From contig MU060965.1 of assembly GCA_013265495.1 (NCBI GenBank), forward strand, positions 496,001 to 560,000: a stretch of 64,000 nt of DNA. Direction: 5' to 3'. Position 1 is the stretch's first letter. Every line of letters begins with the position of its first letter. Source of the stretch: Vicugna vicugna. Taxonomy: Eukaryota. The notes under the pieces were generated by a model. It was not told the origin of the DNA. It saw only the letters and a list, made by a program, of their open reading frames with translations, and searched no databases. Below, piece by piece: positions 36,250-49,249 of this stretch. Position numbers and translations under genes: made by a program.

Positions 36250-39200
36250 TCGCCTCCTGCTGATCTTACAGGGAAGGCGTTCGTTTTTGCACCGTTCAGT
36301 ATGACGTTAGCTCTGGGATTTTTGTAGATGTTCTTTGTCAAGTGGAAGGAAGTTCCCTTCCAGTCCCAGTTTGCTGAGAGTGTTTATCGTGAAGGGGTGC
36401 TGGATTTTGTCAGGTGCTTTTTCTGCGTCCTCTGATAGGAGCGTATGGTTTTTCTTCACTAGCCGATTTACACTGAGTGATTTTTGAAAGCTGAACCAGC
36501 CGTGCATACTTAGAATAAATCCCACTGGTCATGATCTACGTGGAACTCTTTTTGTGCGTTGCTTCATCCAATTTGCCAGTATTTCATTGAGTTTTTTATG
36601 TCTGAGTCCACGAGAGATACGGGTTTGCGGTTTTCTTTTTCTGTTCTCTTTTTATGTGGTTTTGGCATTGGGGTAATAATAGGTTTATAAAATGATTTGA
36701 GAGGTATTCCTGCCTCTTCCATTTTCTAGAAAATATTGTATAAAATTACTGTTAATACTTTGTTAAATGTTTGTGGATTCTCCAATGAAACCATCTGGGT
36801 CTTGAGATTTCCTTTTGTGGAGTTTTCTTCAATTACGGATTCAGTTTGCTTAGTACTTACAGGGCTATTCAAATTATCTACTCATATTGTTGGCTGGGGC
36901 TAGTCTGGTTTTTTGAGGAATTGGTCCATTCCGTTTCATTTATCAAATTTAAATGCAAGGAATTGTCTCTAGAATTTCTTTATTTTCATTTTGGTGTAAG
37001 ATCCGCAGTGATAGCCTCTGTTCATTCTTTATTAATCTTTTCTCAGAACCAGCCCCTTGTTTCATTGACTTGTCTCTTTGTTTTTCTGTTTTCAGTTTCA
37101 TTGGTTTCTACCCTCATCTTCACTGTTTCTTTCCTTCCGTTTGCTCTGGGTGTATTTTGCTCTTCTTTTGTAGGTTCTTGTGGTCTGAACTCAGACCACT
37201 GACTTGAAACTGTCCTTCTCTTCTGCTGTAAGTATTCAGCGCTGTAAACTCCTTCACAGCACTGTTAGCTGCACTCACTTACTTCTATCCATTGTGTTAT
37301 TTTCATTTAGTTAAATGCATTTTTAATTTTTAAAACCTTTCCTTTGACACTTCCTCTCCGACCTGTGGCCTCTTTAGAAGTATGTTGCTTATTTTCAAGT
37401 GTTTGGCGGCTCTGCTGTCTTTCATTGTTGATTCTGGTTTGGGTCCACTGTGGTAAGAACACACACTTTGTGTGATTCCAGTTCTTTTGAGTTTGTTGAG
37501 GTCCATCTTGTGGCCCCGGACATGGTCTGGTAAATGCCCCAGAGTCACTTGAAAGCGGAACGTGTGTTTGGCGGTGTTGAGGAGAGTACTCACGCTGTCT
37601 GTCGGGTCCCGGGTGCTGGCTGTGTGCTCGGGTCTGTGTGCGCGCTCGCTGGAGCTCTGCCGCTTGACGAGGGAGGCGGTGGTGAAGCCCAGTTACAGCT
37701 CCTGTCTGCTGCTACTTTGGGTCCCGTCAGCTTTTGCTTTGTCTCCTCAGGGGCTCTTTGTTTGGTGCACACACATGTGGGACCGTCTCGTTCTCCTGGT
37801 GGGCAGCCCCGCTTGTCACTCTGTAGGACCCCCCGTGTTTCCAGTGACTGTCCTGCTCTGAGACCCACTTTGTCTAATACTAGCTTTTTTAAAATTGATG
37901 TGCTCAGTGGTGCACCTGCCCCACCCTGTACGTCACCCGCTTATGCCGTTGTGTCTGAAGTGAGTTTCTTACAGACGACACACTGTTGGATGGTTTTTTT
38001 GATCCGCTCAGCAGATCTCTGCCTGTTTTAAGTGGTGTGTTGAGACCGTTGACGTTTAAGGTAATACTGCTGTGTTAGGGTGTGAGGCTCTCACTTTGTT
38101 GTTTGGTTGTTGCTTTGTTGTCTCTGTTTCTTGTTCCTTTTTTTCATTATGCTTAGCTCCCTGTGGGTTATTTCTAAGGGTCCATCTTGATTTGTTTGCA
38201 GTGTCTGAATAATTGCTTCGTGTGATTTCTTTGTGGCCGCTCGCGGCATCGCAGCGCCCCCGCAGCTCACTCAGCCTGCCGCCTGCGCCTGGCTGCGCGT
38301 GCAAGGTCTCCCCAGCTCCCATGCGGTGGGGTCCTCCTTTTCTCTTGGGGCCCTTTGCTCCCCCGCTTCTTAAACGTCATCGTTGTCTTTCTCTACTTAA
38401 CGCTGAACACCACGTCAGCTGGTGCTGAAAGCCGCGTCACTATCAAGCGGGGCGTCTCCAGCTCCCGGGAGCGTGGCTGTCCTACTCGCTCCTCTTGCCC
38501 GTCCTCTCCTTCCTCCCGTCTCAAGTCCAGGTCTCCTCCCGCCTGGGGACTCGGTCAGGTCACTCCTGCTGCCGCTGGCGGCGCATCCTCTCGGTTTCCT
38601 TTGTTCCTGGTGGGCGCGGCCGCCGGCCCTCGGTCTGCAGCAGACGTTTCCATTCCTTTCGGAGCTCGGAGGTGCACTGCTCCCCCGGCCTCCGTGGCCC
38701 CAGAGGGGAGCCGGCTCAGGCCCGTGTTTCTCCACAGACGGCGCACGGCTGCTTTCCGGCGGCTCCAGGGAGTTTCCCTTGCTTTCAGTTTTCAGAAGCT
38801 TGGTTATGACGCGTCTTGGTGTCCTGGTTTGGGCTCCGCAGCAGACACCGATTGCAGGCGTGCGTTTCCCACAGTCACGGAGGCTGGAGTCCGGGATCGG
38901 GGTGCGAACCCCCCGACCTGCCCTCCCACTGTGTCTCGGTGCAGGGGAGGGGGGCTCAGAGCCCTCTGGTCCCTTCTCGCAAGGGTACTCATCCAGTCGC
39001 AGCCCCTCGTGACCACGAGGAAGCCTGTCAGCTCCCAAAGGCCCCTCCAGGGACCGCACCGTGGCTCCGGGGCTGGGGTGGGGGATGCGTTCAGCCCCGA
39101 CGCCCTCTGGTTGATCCCGTGTGGTGCTCGCTCGCCTTTGAGGCTGGGGGTTTGTAGCTCCTGCCCGATTTACGGGTTTTGCCTGTTGCTTCCTCAGGAC

Positions 39201-39480
39201 TGTCAGCCCCTCCTGCCCTCTCCTTCTGGGGCTCTGCCTCTGAGACACGTTTCCATCTGTCGTTCCGACTTGATGAAGTCTGTTGGTCTGTCCTCAAGCT
39301 CCCTGGTCCAGCCTCTGGCACCCCCCTCCACAAGCCTGTCCAGCAGGTTTCGTCTTGTTTGGTTGTATGACTTGCACGTGAGTCTTTTTGTAACTTCTGT
39401 TTCTTTGCTGAGATGTTCTGTTTTTTCATTTGTTTCAAGATAATTTTTAATTGCTGTTGGATCATTTTTACGATTTAAAA
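36250..39480 (-). mobile_element. Degraded antisense L1 (ORF2/ORF1) in TMCO3 intron 8
   Basis: ttttgcaccgttcagtatgacgttagct.., gaaaccatctgggtcttgagatttcc.., ttcagttcttttgagtttgttgagg, all L1 ORF2 antisense text. Confidence 0.8.
38817..39100 (+). mobile_element. MLT1/MaLR LTR nested in the L1
   Basis: tgtcctggtttgggctcc..cacagtcacggaggctggagtccgggatcggggtg..ctctggtcccttctcgcaagggtactcatcc..ctcccaaaggcccc. Confidence 0.6.
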
Positions 39481-39919
39481 TGATGTAGAATCTTTGTCAG
39501 ACCAGAGAACACTTGTCCTGACGTTGGAGCTTCATCAAGCTGTGGCTTCCCGAGTCTTTGTGTGATGAGTGGTTTTCAGTCGTGTCTTGGATGTTTCATA
39601 TCTTATGAGTCTCAGATCCTTTAATCCTTTTTTAAAGGCAGTGGTGGCACAGCAGGGTGGGGCCCCCGATGCCACGAGTCAGACACTGAGATGGGCGTGC
39701 GGGAGAGATCACGGCCACATTCATCCTGATGGCTGGAAAGTGGAGTGGCCCCCACACCCAGCAGCTGGATGAGTAAACGTGCTCTGCCCACACAGGCCGG
39801 CGTCCTCCCACGCCAGGAGGGACGAGGAGCCGATGCCGCCCCGTGTGGAGCCCTGGTCCACGCGAACAGCAGACTAGCGGTTCCCGGGCCAGGGGCAGGG
39901 AACAGGGTCAGTGCTCAGT

Positions 39920-40050
39920 GGCATAGGTGGCAGATACGGTCAAGGCTGAGGTGATGGTTGTACAGCTTTGTGAATACGCTAGAAACCACTGCATTGTATG
40001 CTTTAAACGAGTGAATCTTAAGGAATGAGGTGTATATCAACGTTGTTAAA
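39920..40050 (+). mobile_element. L1M 3' tail fragment
   Basis: gtgatggttgtacagctttgtgaatacgctagaaaccactgcattgtatgctttaaacgagtga. Confidence 0.65.
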
Positions 40051-42433
40051 AATTGTATTCAGTGTTTTATCTACGTAAAGAGGAACACGGAGACCAGAAA
40101 TAAGCGAGGCGTTAATGCTTTTTCTGCTGGTAGACTAATGATTACTGCGATTCTGCTGTCTACCGTATATACGTCTCTGTGTGACTTGGGAAAACCTCTT
40201 TTCCAATTTTGATCCAGGAAAATTTATGGTAAAAAAATTTAGAGAAATAAAATCAGTTGCAATGTTAACATGAACATTGCCTCGCTATCGAGCTTTATTC
40301 AGAATTATTCTTGATCTGTCCTGAAAGAAAGAACTTCTTCCCTCCAGACGCTTCACAGGTGAAGAACATGTCTTTAAAAAAAGTAATTTGAATTATTAGG
40401 ATTAAAATCTTGCAAAACCATAGAAGTTCTACAAGAAAGTGTGGATGAAAGCATTTCCAAGTATTGAGGGTGGGGGGGCCGTTCTACTTCAGGCAGAACA
40501 CAAACCCCAGGAGGCGTGAAGGACCAGAAGGGTGGCCGGTGTCATGAAGTCTTGTATTTTGTTTAAATACACGTGCACCCGCACAGACACGCATACACAG
40601 GCACACGGACGTGTGTGCACACGTGTACAGGAGCATACTTGGTCAGCAGGTCAAAGACAGATGGAAAAGAGGTGTTTGTACACGTTGTGTCTTATTTTTT
40701 AAACTGAAGTTTAGTTGATTTACAGACAGAGGGTTATGTTTCCTATTTGATAAAGATCTACAAATTAATGAGAAAAGTGAGACTGACCCAGCTCACATGC
40801 AGGTGAGCAGGGAGAACAGGCAAGTGCGAGACGCTCCCCGTCCCACCGAGGAGGGGCCGGCGGCCCTGCTCCCTGCCGCGACGCGATGCCCGGGGTGGGG
40901 CCTGTCGAGCGTGGGCCGCGCACGAGCTAGCCCACAGAAGCCTGTCCAGCACAGTAGAACCTGCCCGCAGACGCAGGACACAGACACGTGGTGCTGGCAG
41001 CTGGTGCCGCACGTGCTCGGCTGCTCCCGGGAGCAAAGCTCTTGCCGACGCGGGAGCAGGTGGAGAAGTGAGGACACAGGATGGGGTGTCCTCATCGTGC
41101 ACGTGCAGTACGGGTGTAGGGCACAGGTGACACTTGAGGTAGTGGGAACGTCGCAGGGTCGTCTTTAAAGAGATTGGGTTGGGCTTCTCGTGTGTGTGTT
41201 TCTGAGCTGGTTGGCAGCGTGTGCGACAGACAGGGGCGCTGGCTCTGAACACAGGCCTGGCGTGGAGCTGCGTGGGCCTGGAGCCGTCACCGCGACATGG
41301 GCTCTGTGGGGATGGCGCTCCTGTACCAGCTCACTAAGGCGGCCCGACCCCTGAGCAGCTGTAACTGCGGGCTGAGGTGGGACAGCACGCCTATCTAGGG
41401 ACTGGGACGGGTGGGCGGTGTGCGTGAAGGGCCCACAAGCAGACTTCCAGTGTGGGCAGGAGCCAGGCAGAGGGTCACAGCAGGGGAGGGGGCGGGAACG
41501 GCTAGGACCACTTCAGACGGCAGGGCCTCTGAGGCAGGAATGTGCAGGCACAGACCCTGGGGAGGGGGCCTGTTGAGGAGCAGAGGGGCCGTGGGGAGGG
41601 GCAGCTGCGGTCGCGGGAGCGGAGCGCTGGGTGCGGGGGTCCAGCCGTGGCCGCTGGGGTTGGGCAGGACTTCGAGCCCATCCTGTTCCTGCCGGGTCTT
41701 TGGACCTGCTGTCTCGCATGGACTGTCTGTCCTGAGCATTAAGAGGCCAGTGTGTTCACCGCACACACCCTAGGACGCGTCTGGAGCTGCGATCATTGGC
41801 CTGACTGCGGGGGTGAATTCTCTTTTAGCAGCCAGATTCACAGTCTTCCGTCAGGAACTTTTAAACCAGGATTTCGGGCTGACTGGTTTCCTAAATACAG
41901 TGGAGAGCTGGGGCCAAAAAAGCACGTTGCTATAAATGCTGCAAATACTCCACATGCCTTTCTCCTGAGGGTCTTTCGCTTGAGATCTTAAGAGCACATT
42001 GAGCTGGGAATAGCGTATTCCGAAAAGAGCCTAGGACAGAGTCCTCTCCATGACTGAACAGACATAATGCTCAGAGTTCTGGCTTGGGATAAGGGGACGC
42101 TTTTCTGAAAGTCGCGGGGATCCCGGCCTTGCTCGCTGTGCTGAGCCCACAACAGTGTCTCCGCGCAACGTTGCCTCCCAAGACCTTCTGTCTGCCGTCG
42201 ACTGGGACACGTGAGCTGAAGGCCAGGAGCCAGTGCGCCCGTGACGCGTGCTCACTGGAACGCAACTCGGCTTCTGTATTTAATTCAAGTAACTTACTTT
42301 CTGAGATTAATGCTTGAGGAGTTTTACTTTAACATTCAGAAATGAAGCCTGTGCGGTTTGGGTAACTTGTTTTGTGGTGGGAGGGGAAACAGCAAAGGCT
42401 GTCGCATGGTGAGTGGGCCTTTCTCTTCCACAG

Positions 42434-42629
42434 CGTGGCCGTGGAGATCGCGCGGCTCCTGGCCTTGGCTGGCCAGACCCTGCTGTCGCTGGCCGCGGTC
42501 CTGCTGCTCTGCTTGGCTATGAGGACGTTCGTCGTGGGGCCGTACTGCCGCAAGCTGCACGCGGAGAGCAAGGGGAACAAAGAGATCCTCGTCCTGGGCG
42601 TCTCCGCCTTCACCTTCTTCATGCTGACG
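42434..42629 (+). CDS. TMCO3: TMCO3 exon 9
   Basis: TTCCACAG|(S)VAVEIARLL...[20 protein letters not shown]|GTAACC, 196 nt. Confidence 0.96.
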
Positions 42630-43679
42630 GTAACCCTCAGTGCCTGCCTTTTGTGGTCCGCCGCTGTCGGTTCCTCAAGAGCCCGTGCTCGATTCTCCGT
42701 CTTGTTTTACCTGAACGCCGTTAGCGTTCTATTCTGCGCATCCCGTGCCGCCTGGCAGTGCTCCCCGGGTCCGCGGGCGCCTGCTGGGTGAGCCCTGGGG
42801 CGGCGCCCGCCCCGCTTCAGCTCTCTGTCCATCCTACCTAAGTGGGAGGAGCAGCTGGGGACAGTCGTCAGTTCTCTGTGACGAGAACCTTCTTCCCCAC
42901 GATGTGGGCGGCTGAGCAATGAGGCTTGTTTTGGAAGCAGCCTTCTCATTTGAAGGACAGCTTCTCGTGAGGGAGTCGGGGCGATCCTGGGAGACCCCGA
43001 GATGTCTGAGCTGTGTGGGATCAGCAGACCAGAGTAGCCCCCAGAGAGACGGAGGCTCGGGGTCACATGGACACCCAGACCCGCCTCACGCGTCTGGACA
43101 CTCAGGTCTGTGATGGACCCTTGTTTTCACATTGCTTCCTCCGATTGTTCGGACTGTGTCAGACAGGAGTTGACAGCACAACTCTGAGTTGTCCCCACCG
43201 GCCCTTGGGTCTTCTCTACCCCGTGTCCCCGGAGCCCTGGCCGCAGGTGCCGGGCTGGCGAGGTGCAGACGCTGAGCTGCCGTGTGACAGGCGTTAGGAG
43301 CCGAGGGGAGTGAAGCTGTGTCCACTGGGGCCCCGTGTGTTCCTGGGGGCCGGGGCCCCTTCCGGGCGAGTGTGGCCCCAGGACCGGGCCCGTATGGAGC
43401 CTGCATGTCCGCGGCTGGTTTCCCTGGGTGGCTGAGCCGGTCCCCTGCCCGCGTCCTCACTGACACGAACTTCGGGGGCCGTCAGTCCTGTTGGGGGCTT
43501 CTTGTCGGCCTTGGGGGTTTCATTTCCCCAACAGCCAGCGAAGTGAGCACTCTGTGCTCCCCGGGGACGGGCTCCTGGGGACAGGCTCCCCGGGGACGGG
43601 CCTGCTAGCATTTTCAGGTTGTTTCCTATTGGTTACCTACTTACTCATCTGTGGCTTTTATACGTTCTGGCAAATTTTT

Positions 43680-43860
43680 GTCAGTTTTTTTTTTACTGAG
43701 ATGAAATTCACACAGCAGATTCCCTGTTTCAACCAAGTCAGTGTGCAGTTCCGCGGTTTTTGGCATATTCACGATGCAGTGCAGCCGTCATCGCCGTCCA
43801 GCTCCGGCCACTGTCGCCCAGAAGAACTGTGTCCCTGTTCTGCCTGCCTGGGCCCTGCAG
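43680..43860 (-). mobile_element. Antisense L1M 3' end
   Basis: ttttttttactgagatgaaattcacacagcag..gtgtgcagttccgcggtttttggcatattcac. Confidence 0.65.
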
Positions 43861-43984
43861 AGCCGCATTGCTGCCCTCCTTTCCTGCCACGCCGCTGCTC
43901 GTGGAGACAGCCCACCAGGTCCAAGGGGCCGGGGTGGCCCTCCACTGTGCGTGTGCCTGCTGTGAGGCATGTCCTTCCCCCTAG

Positions 43985-44135
43985 GTCACCGAGCTGCTGG
44001 ACGTGTCCATGGAGCTGGGCTGCTTCCTGGCCGGAGCCCTCGTCTCCTCCCAGGGCCACATGGTCGCCGAGGAGGTTGCATCCTACGTGGAGCCCGTCCG
44101 CGACTTCCTGGCCATCGTGTTCTTCGCATCCATAG
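43985..44135 (+). CDS. TMCO3: TMCO3 exon 10
   Basis: CCCTAG|[17 protein letters not shown]...[11 protein letters not shown]+G|GTGACC, 151 nt. Confidence 0.96.
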
Positions 44136-44664
44136 GTGACCTCCCCCTCCGAGGAGACGCCACACTGGCGTCTGTTTGCGCAGGCTCCCATAGGAGCTGG
44201 TCTCAGAAGGGGAATCTTACATAAAAGCAGGGGACGTTTGACCCCAGGGACGTAAATTAGTTGGTCATCCTCCTTGGTGGTGCTCAGTGGGTTGACGTCG
44301 GAGCGTCAAAACGAAGTCTGGGAGGAAATCCTAACTTTAATACAAAAACTAAACTGGTGCTGCCTGGAGTCCCCGTGTCTGGGTCTCTAGCTGGTAAGGG
44401 AGGCTGTGGTCACACCTGCGGTCACGGCACGTCTCTCTGGCACCTCCCTGTTCGCGTGCCTGCACTGGGCCCGCAAGGCCCCAGGAGACCCCGAGGTTCA
44501 CATGGAAGTGGGAGGGGGGTTGCGCTGAATCACCAGGCTCTCTGCTGAGAGTCTCTGGGTGAGAGGGCGGGTTTGGACACCCTTCTTGTCCCTGATGGAG
44601 GAGGGGACACCAGGGCCTGGGAGGCTGGCCCCCGAGCCCAGCACGTGACACATCCGTCCTGCAG

Positions 44665-44744
44665 GTCTTCACGTGTTCCCCACCTTCGTGCTGTATGAGC
44701 TGTCCATCCTGATGGTGCTCACGCTGTCGGTGGTCGTCGTGAAG
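44665..44744 (+). CDS. TMCO3: TMCO3 exon 11
   Basis: CTGCAG|(G)LHVFPTFVLYELSILMVLTLSVVVVK|GTACCA, 80 nt. Confidence 0.95.
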
Positions 44745-45430
44745 GTACCAGCCCCCTGTGGCCCTGACGGGAGGTCACCTGTTGTGGTTGTGCCGGCCAC
44801 GCAGCGCGCCTGCTGCCTGCCTGAGCTGCGCCGTCCCCCTAGCACCACTGAGCCGTGCGGGGCTCTGGGAGCAGGGTGATCCTTCGTCTCAGGACTTGTG
44901 CTGAGAACGTGGAGTGAAAAGGCGGGAACTGGAGGAACCGCTTTCTGGCTCCTCCGGGAAACCTGCCCTGTGGTTTGACTCCTATCCTGAGTGAGTCTGG
45001 GAAACCACTGCCCCGCCCTGTGAGGCAAACGGGCTTTTTAACAGCCACTTCCCACCTGTCTGTTCTCCGGGACGACACATTGTTGAGGTGGGACGGGTGC
45101 CTGCTCAGTAGCCGCCTGGCTTTGCGGTTATGAAACTGACCCGATGTTTCCAGAGTCCCTGGCGGCTGCGGAGCTGCTCCACCCGCTCCCAGCTGTTGAC
45201 GCTGGCTTTCGCTTACGTCTTATGAAAAGCAAACCTTCCATTCTGAACGCTGCACAACGTTTAGTGCTACGAACTTGGTTTGGTGGGAAGGCCTCGCTTC
45301 TGCTGGTGAACCTGAGCCCCTGCTTCCCAGGGCCCAGGTGGTGTATCTGGACAGTCTCTGTCGGTTGGTGTGTCCCCCTGTGGGTGGGGCTCAGGGCTCT
45401 GGCCAAGCCAGTGACCAGCCACCCTCACAG

Positions 45431-45580
45431 TTTGTCCTGGCAGCCCTGGTCCTGTCCCTCCTCCTGCCCAAGACCAGCCAGTACATCAAGTGGATCGTGG
45501 CCGCGGGGCTGGCCCAGGTCAGCGAGTTCTCTCTGGTCCTGGGGAGCAGAGCGCGCAGAGCCCGGGTCATTTCTCGGGAG
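45431..45580 (+). CDS. TMCO3: TMCO3 exon 12
   Basis: CTCACAG|[21 protein letters not shown]...RARVISRE|GTGAGT, 150 nt. Confidence 0.96.
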
Positions 45581-46242
45581 GTGAGTCTCTACCCACCTGG
45601 CTGCTGGCGGCAGGGGTCAGGGCAGGGGTGGGCTCGGGGGTGAGTCCCCGGCTCACCCTGCACGACGCTCCTTCTGCAGCGGCAGGTGTGTCAAGAGGTG
45701 GGATGAGGTCCCTCCGGGGCTTCCCGTGAGGGATGAGACCCGCCCTCACAGCCAAGGCCCTAGCTTGCGTATCGGTGGTGCTGAGGATCGGGAAGGTGTG
45801 CAGTAAATGCCATCTGACCTGCACCCTCGGTGCCCAAGACCAGGCCGGGGTCCCGTCTGCTGAGGCGACGCCGGGCCGGGCCCGTGGGTTTGTAGGCACA
45901 CGGCCTCCTCCGCAGTTGCTTCTGTTTGAAGCTACTTGTGACCTTGGTCCCCTTCCGCCATCTGGGCTGCTTTTCGCCCCTTTGGAACTTGCAGGGCTGG
46001 ATGCTTGAAGCCAGGACAGGGTCTGCCCCCTGCCCCCACCTTAGGCCACCCAGTCCTGCTGCTGAAACAGCCCACCCGCTGAGGGACGCCCGCCCACCTG
46101 CCCCTGACAGGACACGGGGACGCTGCTGGACTCAGACTGAAGCGGTCTGCGCACGTCTCAGTGTCAGGGAGAGGGCGCACAGGGGTCGGGGGGGTGGGCG
46201 CACCTCTTCTGAGCAGGGGTGACGCAGCCGCACCTGTTGCAG

Positions 46243-46356
46243 GTGTATCTCCTCATCCTGAGTGTGACCACGCTCAGCCTCCTCCTGGCCCCGGTGCTGT
46301 GGAGGGTGGCCATCACCAGGTGTGCGCCGAGACCAGAGAGGCGGTCCAGCCTCTGA
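46243..46356 (+). CDS. TMCO3: TMCO3 last coding exon (13)
   Basis: TTGCAG|[40 protein letters not shown]. The summed CDS is 2034 nt = 677 aa. Confidence 0.96.
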   Translation: MYLLILSVTTLSLLLAPVLWRVAITRCAPRPERRSSL

Positions 46357-46667
46357 GCACCCGCGGGGCCCAGTGGACGTCAGGGTCTGTTGCCCACGTC
46401 CTGCGACCTCCTACGTCGGACTGGGCCCTCCGCTCACAGGTCCTGGTGTCGCTGCTGAGTTTCAGAATCTCCCAAGCAAGCTGTCGCGCTCAGCTGACGC
46501 TGCACCTCCTTCCTACAAACTGCCTGGACTGTTTGCCTGGATGTGCCTTTTCCTGAAATTATGTTAACTTTTTAGTATTTCATCAGTTTGTGTTCTTCTG
46601 GTAAAGAAAAAAATGGAGGCTTTTTTATTTATTGTCGAACTTTACTTATAATCTGTCAATATTTGTT

Positions 46668-46892
46668 ATTAAACGTTTCTGTGATGTGAAATTTTAATTC
46701 TGGTAACGGGTTTGGAAGGTCACTTCTAATCCTTAAAGCCAATGTTTTCTAAAATAAGACAAACGTCTTATAAACATCTACTTGCTTTTTAGCACAATTT
46801 TAAGTAAAACACTTTCATGTCAGTTTTATTAGGTATGTCATTCTTTTGAAACGTTTAGTTTCGAATCATAAGAATATGCGTTCTTTAATAAA
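46668..46892 (+). terminator. TMCO3: TMCO3 polyadenylation signals (ATTAAA 46668-46673; AATAAA 46887-46892)
   Basis: Hexamers lie in an AT/U-rich 3' UTR with T-rich sequence downstream. Confidence 0.6.
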
Positions 46893-49249
46893 GATCATTT
46901 ATGGTCACAGTCAATTAATGGAATGTATTGAAAATCTGTTTTTTAGTAGGTTTTTGTGTTCAACTAATCTTTGCCAGTTTTTTAAGTTAGGTTCCACATC
47001 TCACTCCGCTGCTGTGGAGGTCAGATGAGCACAGAGCTACTCACGCGGCCTGAGCTCTAACTTCGGATTCCAACTGTAGTTTGGCGATTGTGTGCCCTGT
47101 CTTAGGAGACCACGCAGCTGAAGCTCTGATCCTGACGAAGATTCCTCTAAGGGCTACCTGAGTGGAGATCTCCTGGAAGCAGCGGCCTTAAGAGCCCAGC
47201 GGCTTGACCGGGACTCTTGCAGGGACAGGCACGTCCGGTGTGATCCGGGCGGCCGACGTAAATGGTGAGCTGCAGGAAAACAAAGCGCGTCAAGATGAGG
47301 TCAGGCGTGTCTGGTGCGAAGCCAGTCGGTGGAGAAGTGATGTAACGTCCCTGTTCTTAGGCACTGGCATTGGCTTCACTCATTTCTAAACCGGCCGACC
47401 CGTGCTGCTCCCTCCGGGTCCCGCGCAGGCGGGAGGCACCCGGGCAGGGCTGCTCCGCGGAGGGCCCCCCGCCCGTCACATGGTGCCTCATCTGTCCTCA
47501 GGCCACCCCCTGGCACCCACGGCGGGTCCAGGAGCCCTTAAATTGCGCCGAATGAGACCTGCTCCATGTGCTGACTTCAGATTTTCCCCGAAAGCGGAGT
47601 TAACATCACTGTCAGCAGCCCAGATGGTTGGGACTCCCCACAGCTCCCCCCACCCTGCTCCAGCCCCAGGACCTGGCCTCTTCCCCTCCTCCCGGTGGTG
47701 CCCTCACCCGCACCTCTGGTCCTTGCCACCCAAAGCCATGCTCCCGTCTGCCCCGCCCTGGACCCGCAGCCCCTCCCGCCCAGATTGGCTGAAGGCTCGG
47801 AGCCCTGCCTCCCCCCTCCCCCTGTGCTGGGGCTGCAGGCTGCCCGCCGCCCAGGGTCCTAGCACTGACCCACCCTGGCTCCACCGGGCGTCTGTGGCTA
47901 GAACGAGCCATGAGTCCGGGGACAGAGCCTTTGCTGACCGGCCGGCAGGGACAGCACCGACTTGAATCTGAAAATCGGTGTCTGGTTTGAGTCTGTTCCT
48001 ACCAATGTCCGAGATGTGCCTGGAGAACTGAGCTTCCAAACCTGGGGGAGCTGAAGGCAGACTGGGAGAAGGGGTCTGGGCTGCCTCCCACAGCACACCT
48101 GGACGCCACTGGCGTGGTGCCCTGGGTCAGGTGTGACACCTGAGCTCTGACCTGAAACTTCCATGACCCCGTGCACCCAGCTCTTCCGCCTCGAGGAGCA
48201 CGCACATCACGTGTGCTTCAAACTGTCAGCAGTCATGCCGGCTATTCCGCCGTTGTCTCCTGAACTTGTCGCAGCTGGGGCCGTCCTGGTCCTCCATTTC
48301 CTGAGGCTCTGTGAGCCTGCAGTGAGCAGGCTGGCGTAAGGCAGCTCCTGGCTCGCATGTGGGAGCTCTGGAACTTTCTTCAGGCCTGAAGGAATCAGAA
48401 AGATCAAACACCAGACAGCCACATGGTGTCTGAGGTGTGAGCACCAGACGGCCGTGTGGCCACAGGTGTGGACTGAGGCGTGAGTTGCGGCTGCTGCAGT
48501 GCATCTTTAACGGGCAATCAGTTGTGAAAGACCTGCCTCTGTTAGCTTCAGCAACAGAAGTAAAATTAAACCCTTGTGCACCACCGATGACACGAAAGCA
48601 GTGGGGAGGGTGTGTGGGAGTGAAGGTGGCTTTCCTGCCTCTAGGAGGCAGGCACAGGGAGGCTCCGTGACCGGCTCAGATGTGAAAGCCAGGCAGATGG
48701 GAGCGCTGGGACCGGAAGGAGTGTGCTGATGTGTCTGGAAGGCTCCGGGAGGGGCGTGTGTGCCGGCTGGACGTGCTGGTGGGCACAGCTCGGCGGGGAG
48801 TGTTCCGGGAGGTCGTTCCTGACAACTCCCAGCCTGAGCAGAGTCACAGCTGTGCCGGGTCTGGGTGAAAGGTGAGAACAGTTACCAAAGCAGAGAGCCC
48901 CGGCGGAGGGTGGGGGTGCTCTGCATCCTTGAGAGCGTTACTCCACGGCGTGTGGTGGCAGGTGATGCAGAAGAAGGTTAAGTGAAGGAGAGAGCAGCTG
49001 CTCGACACGTCCCCTGGGGCCAGAGCGTAGAGGCGATAGTGTCCGACTTGGACACAGTGTTTCCTGCACCTGAAAGCAGCCATGGTGCCGGAGCCCAGGA
49101 GGGGTCAAGGCGAGGCACAGACTCAGGACCGACAGCAGGGTGAGCGTGGGGCCCTCGGTGCCAAGGGCAGGTGTGGGCGTATGGGGCCGTGGCCCCAAGG
49201 GAGGCCGAGACCCCACCAGGCGTGAGTGGATGGCTCCTCAAGGCCACCA

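Noticed and set aside
38355-39443. 362-aa ORF and overlapping 277/196-aa antisense ORFs
   Set aside because: They lie within GC-shifted L1/MLT1 remnants, have low-complexity composition and no recognisable domain. Stop-poor GC-rich DNA explains the length.
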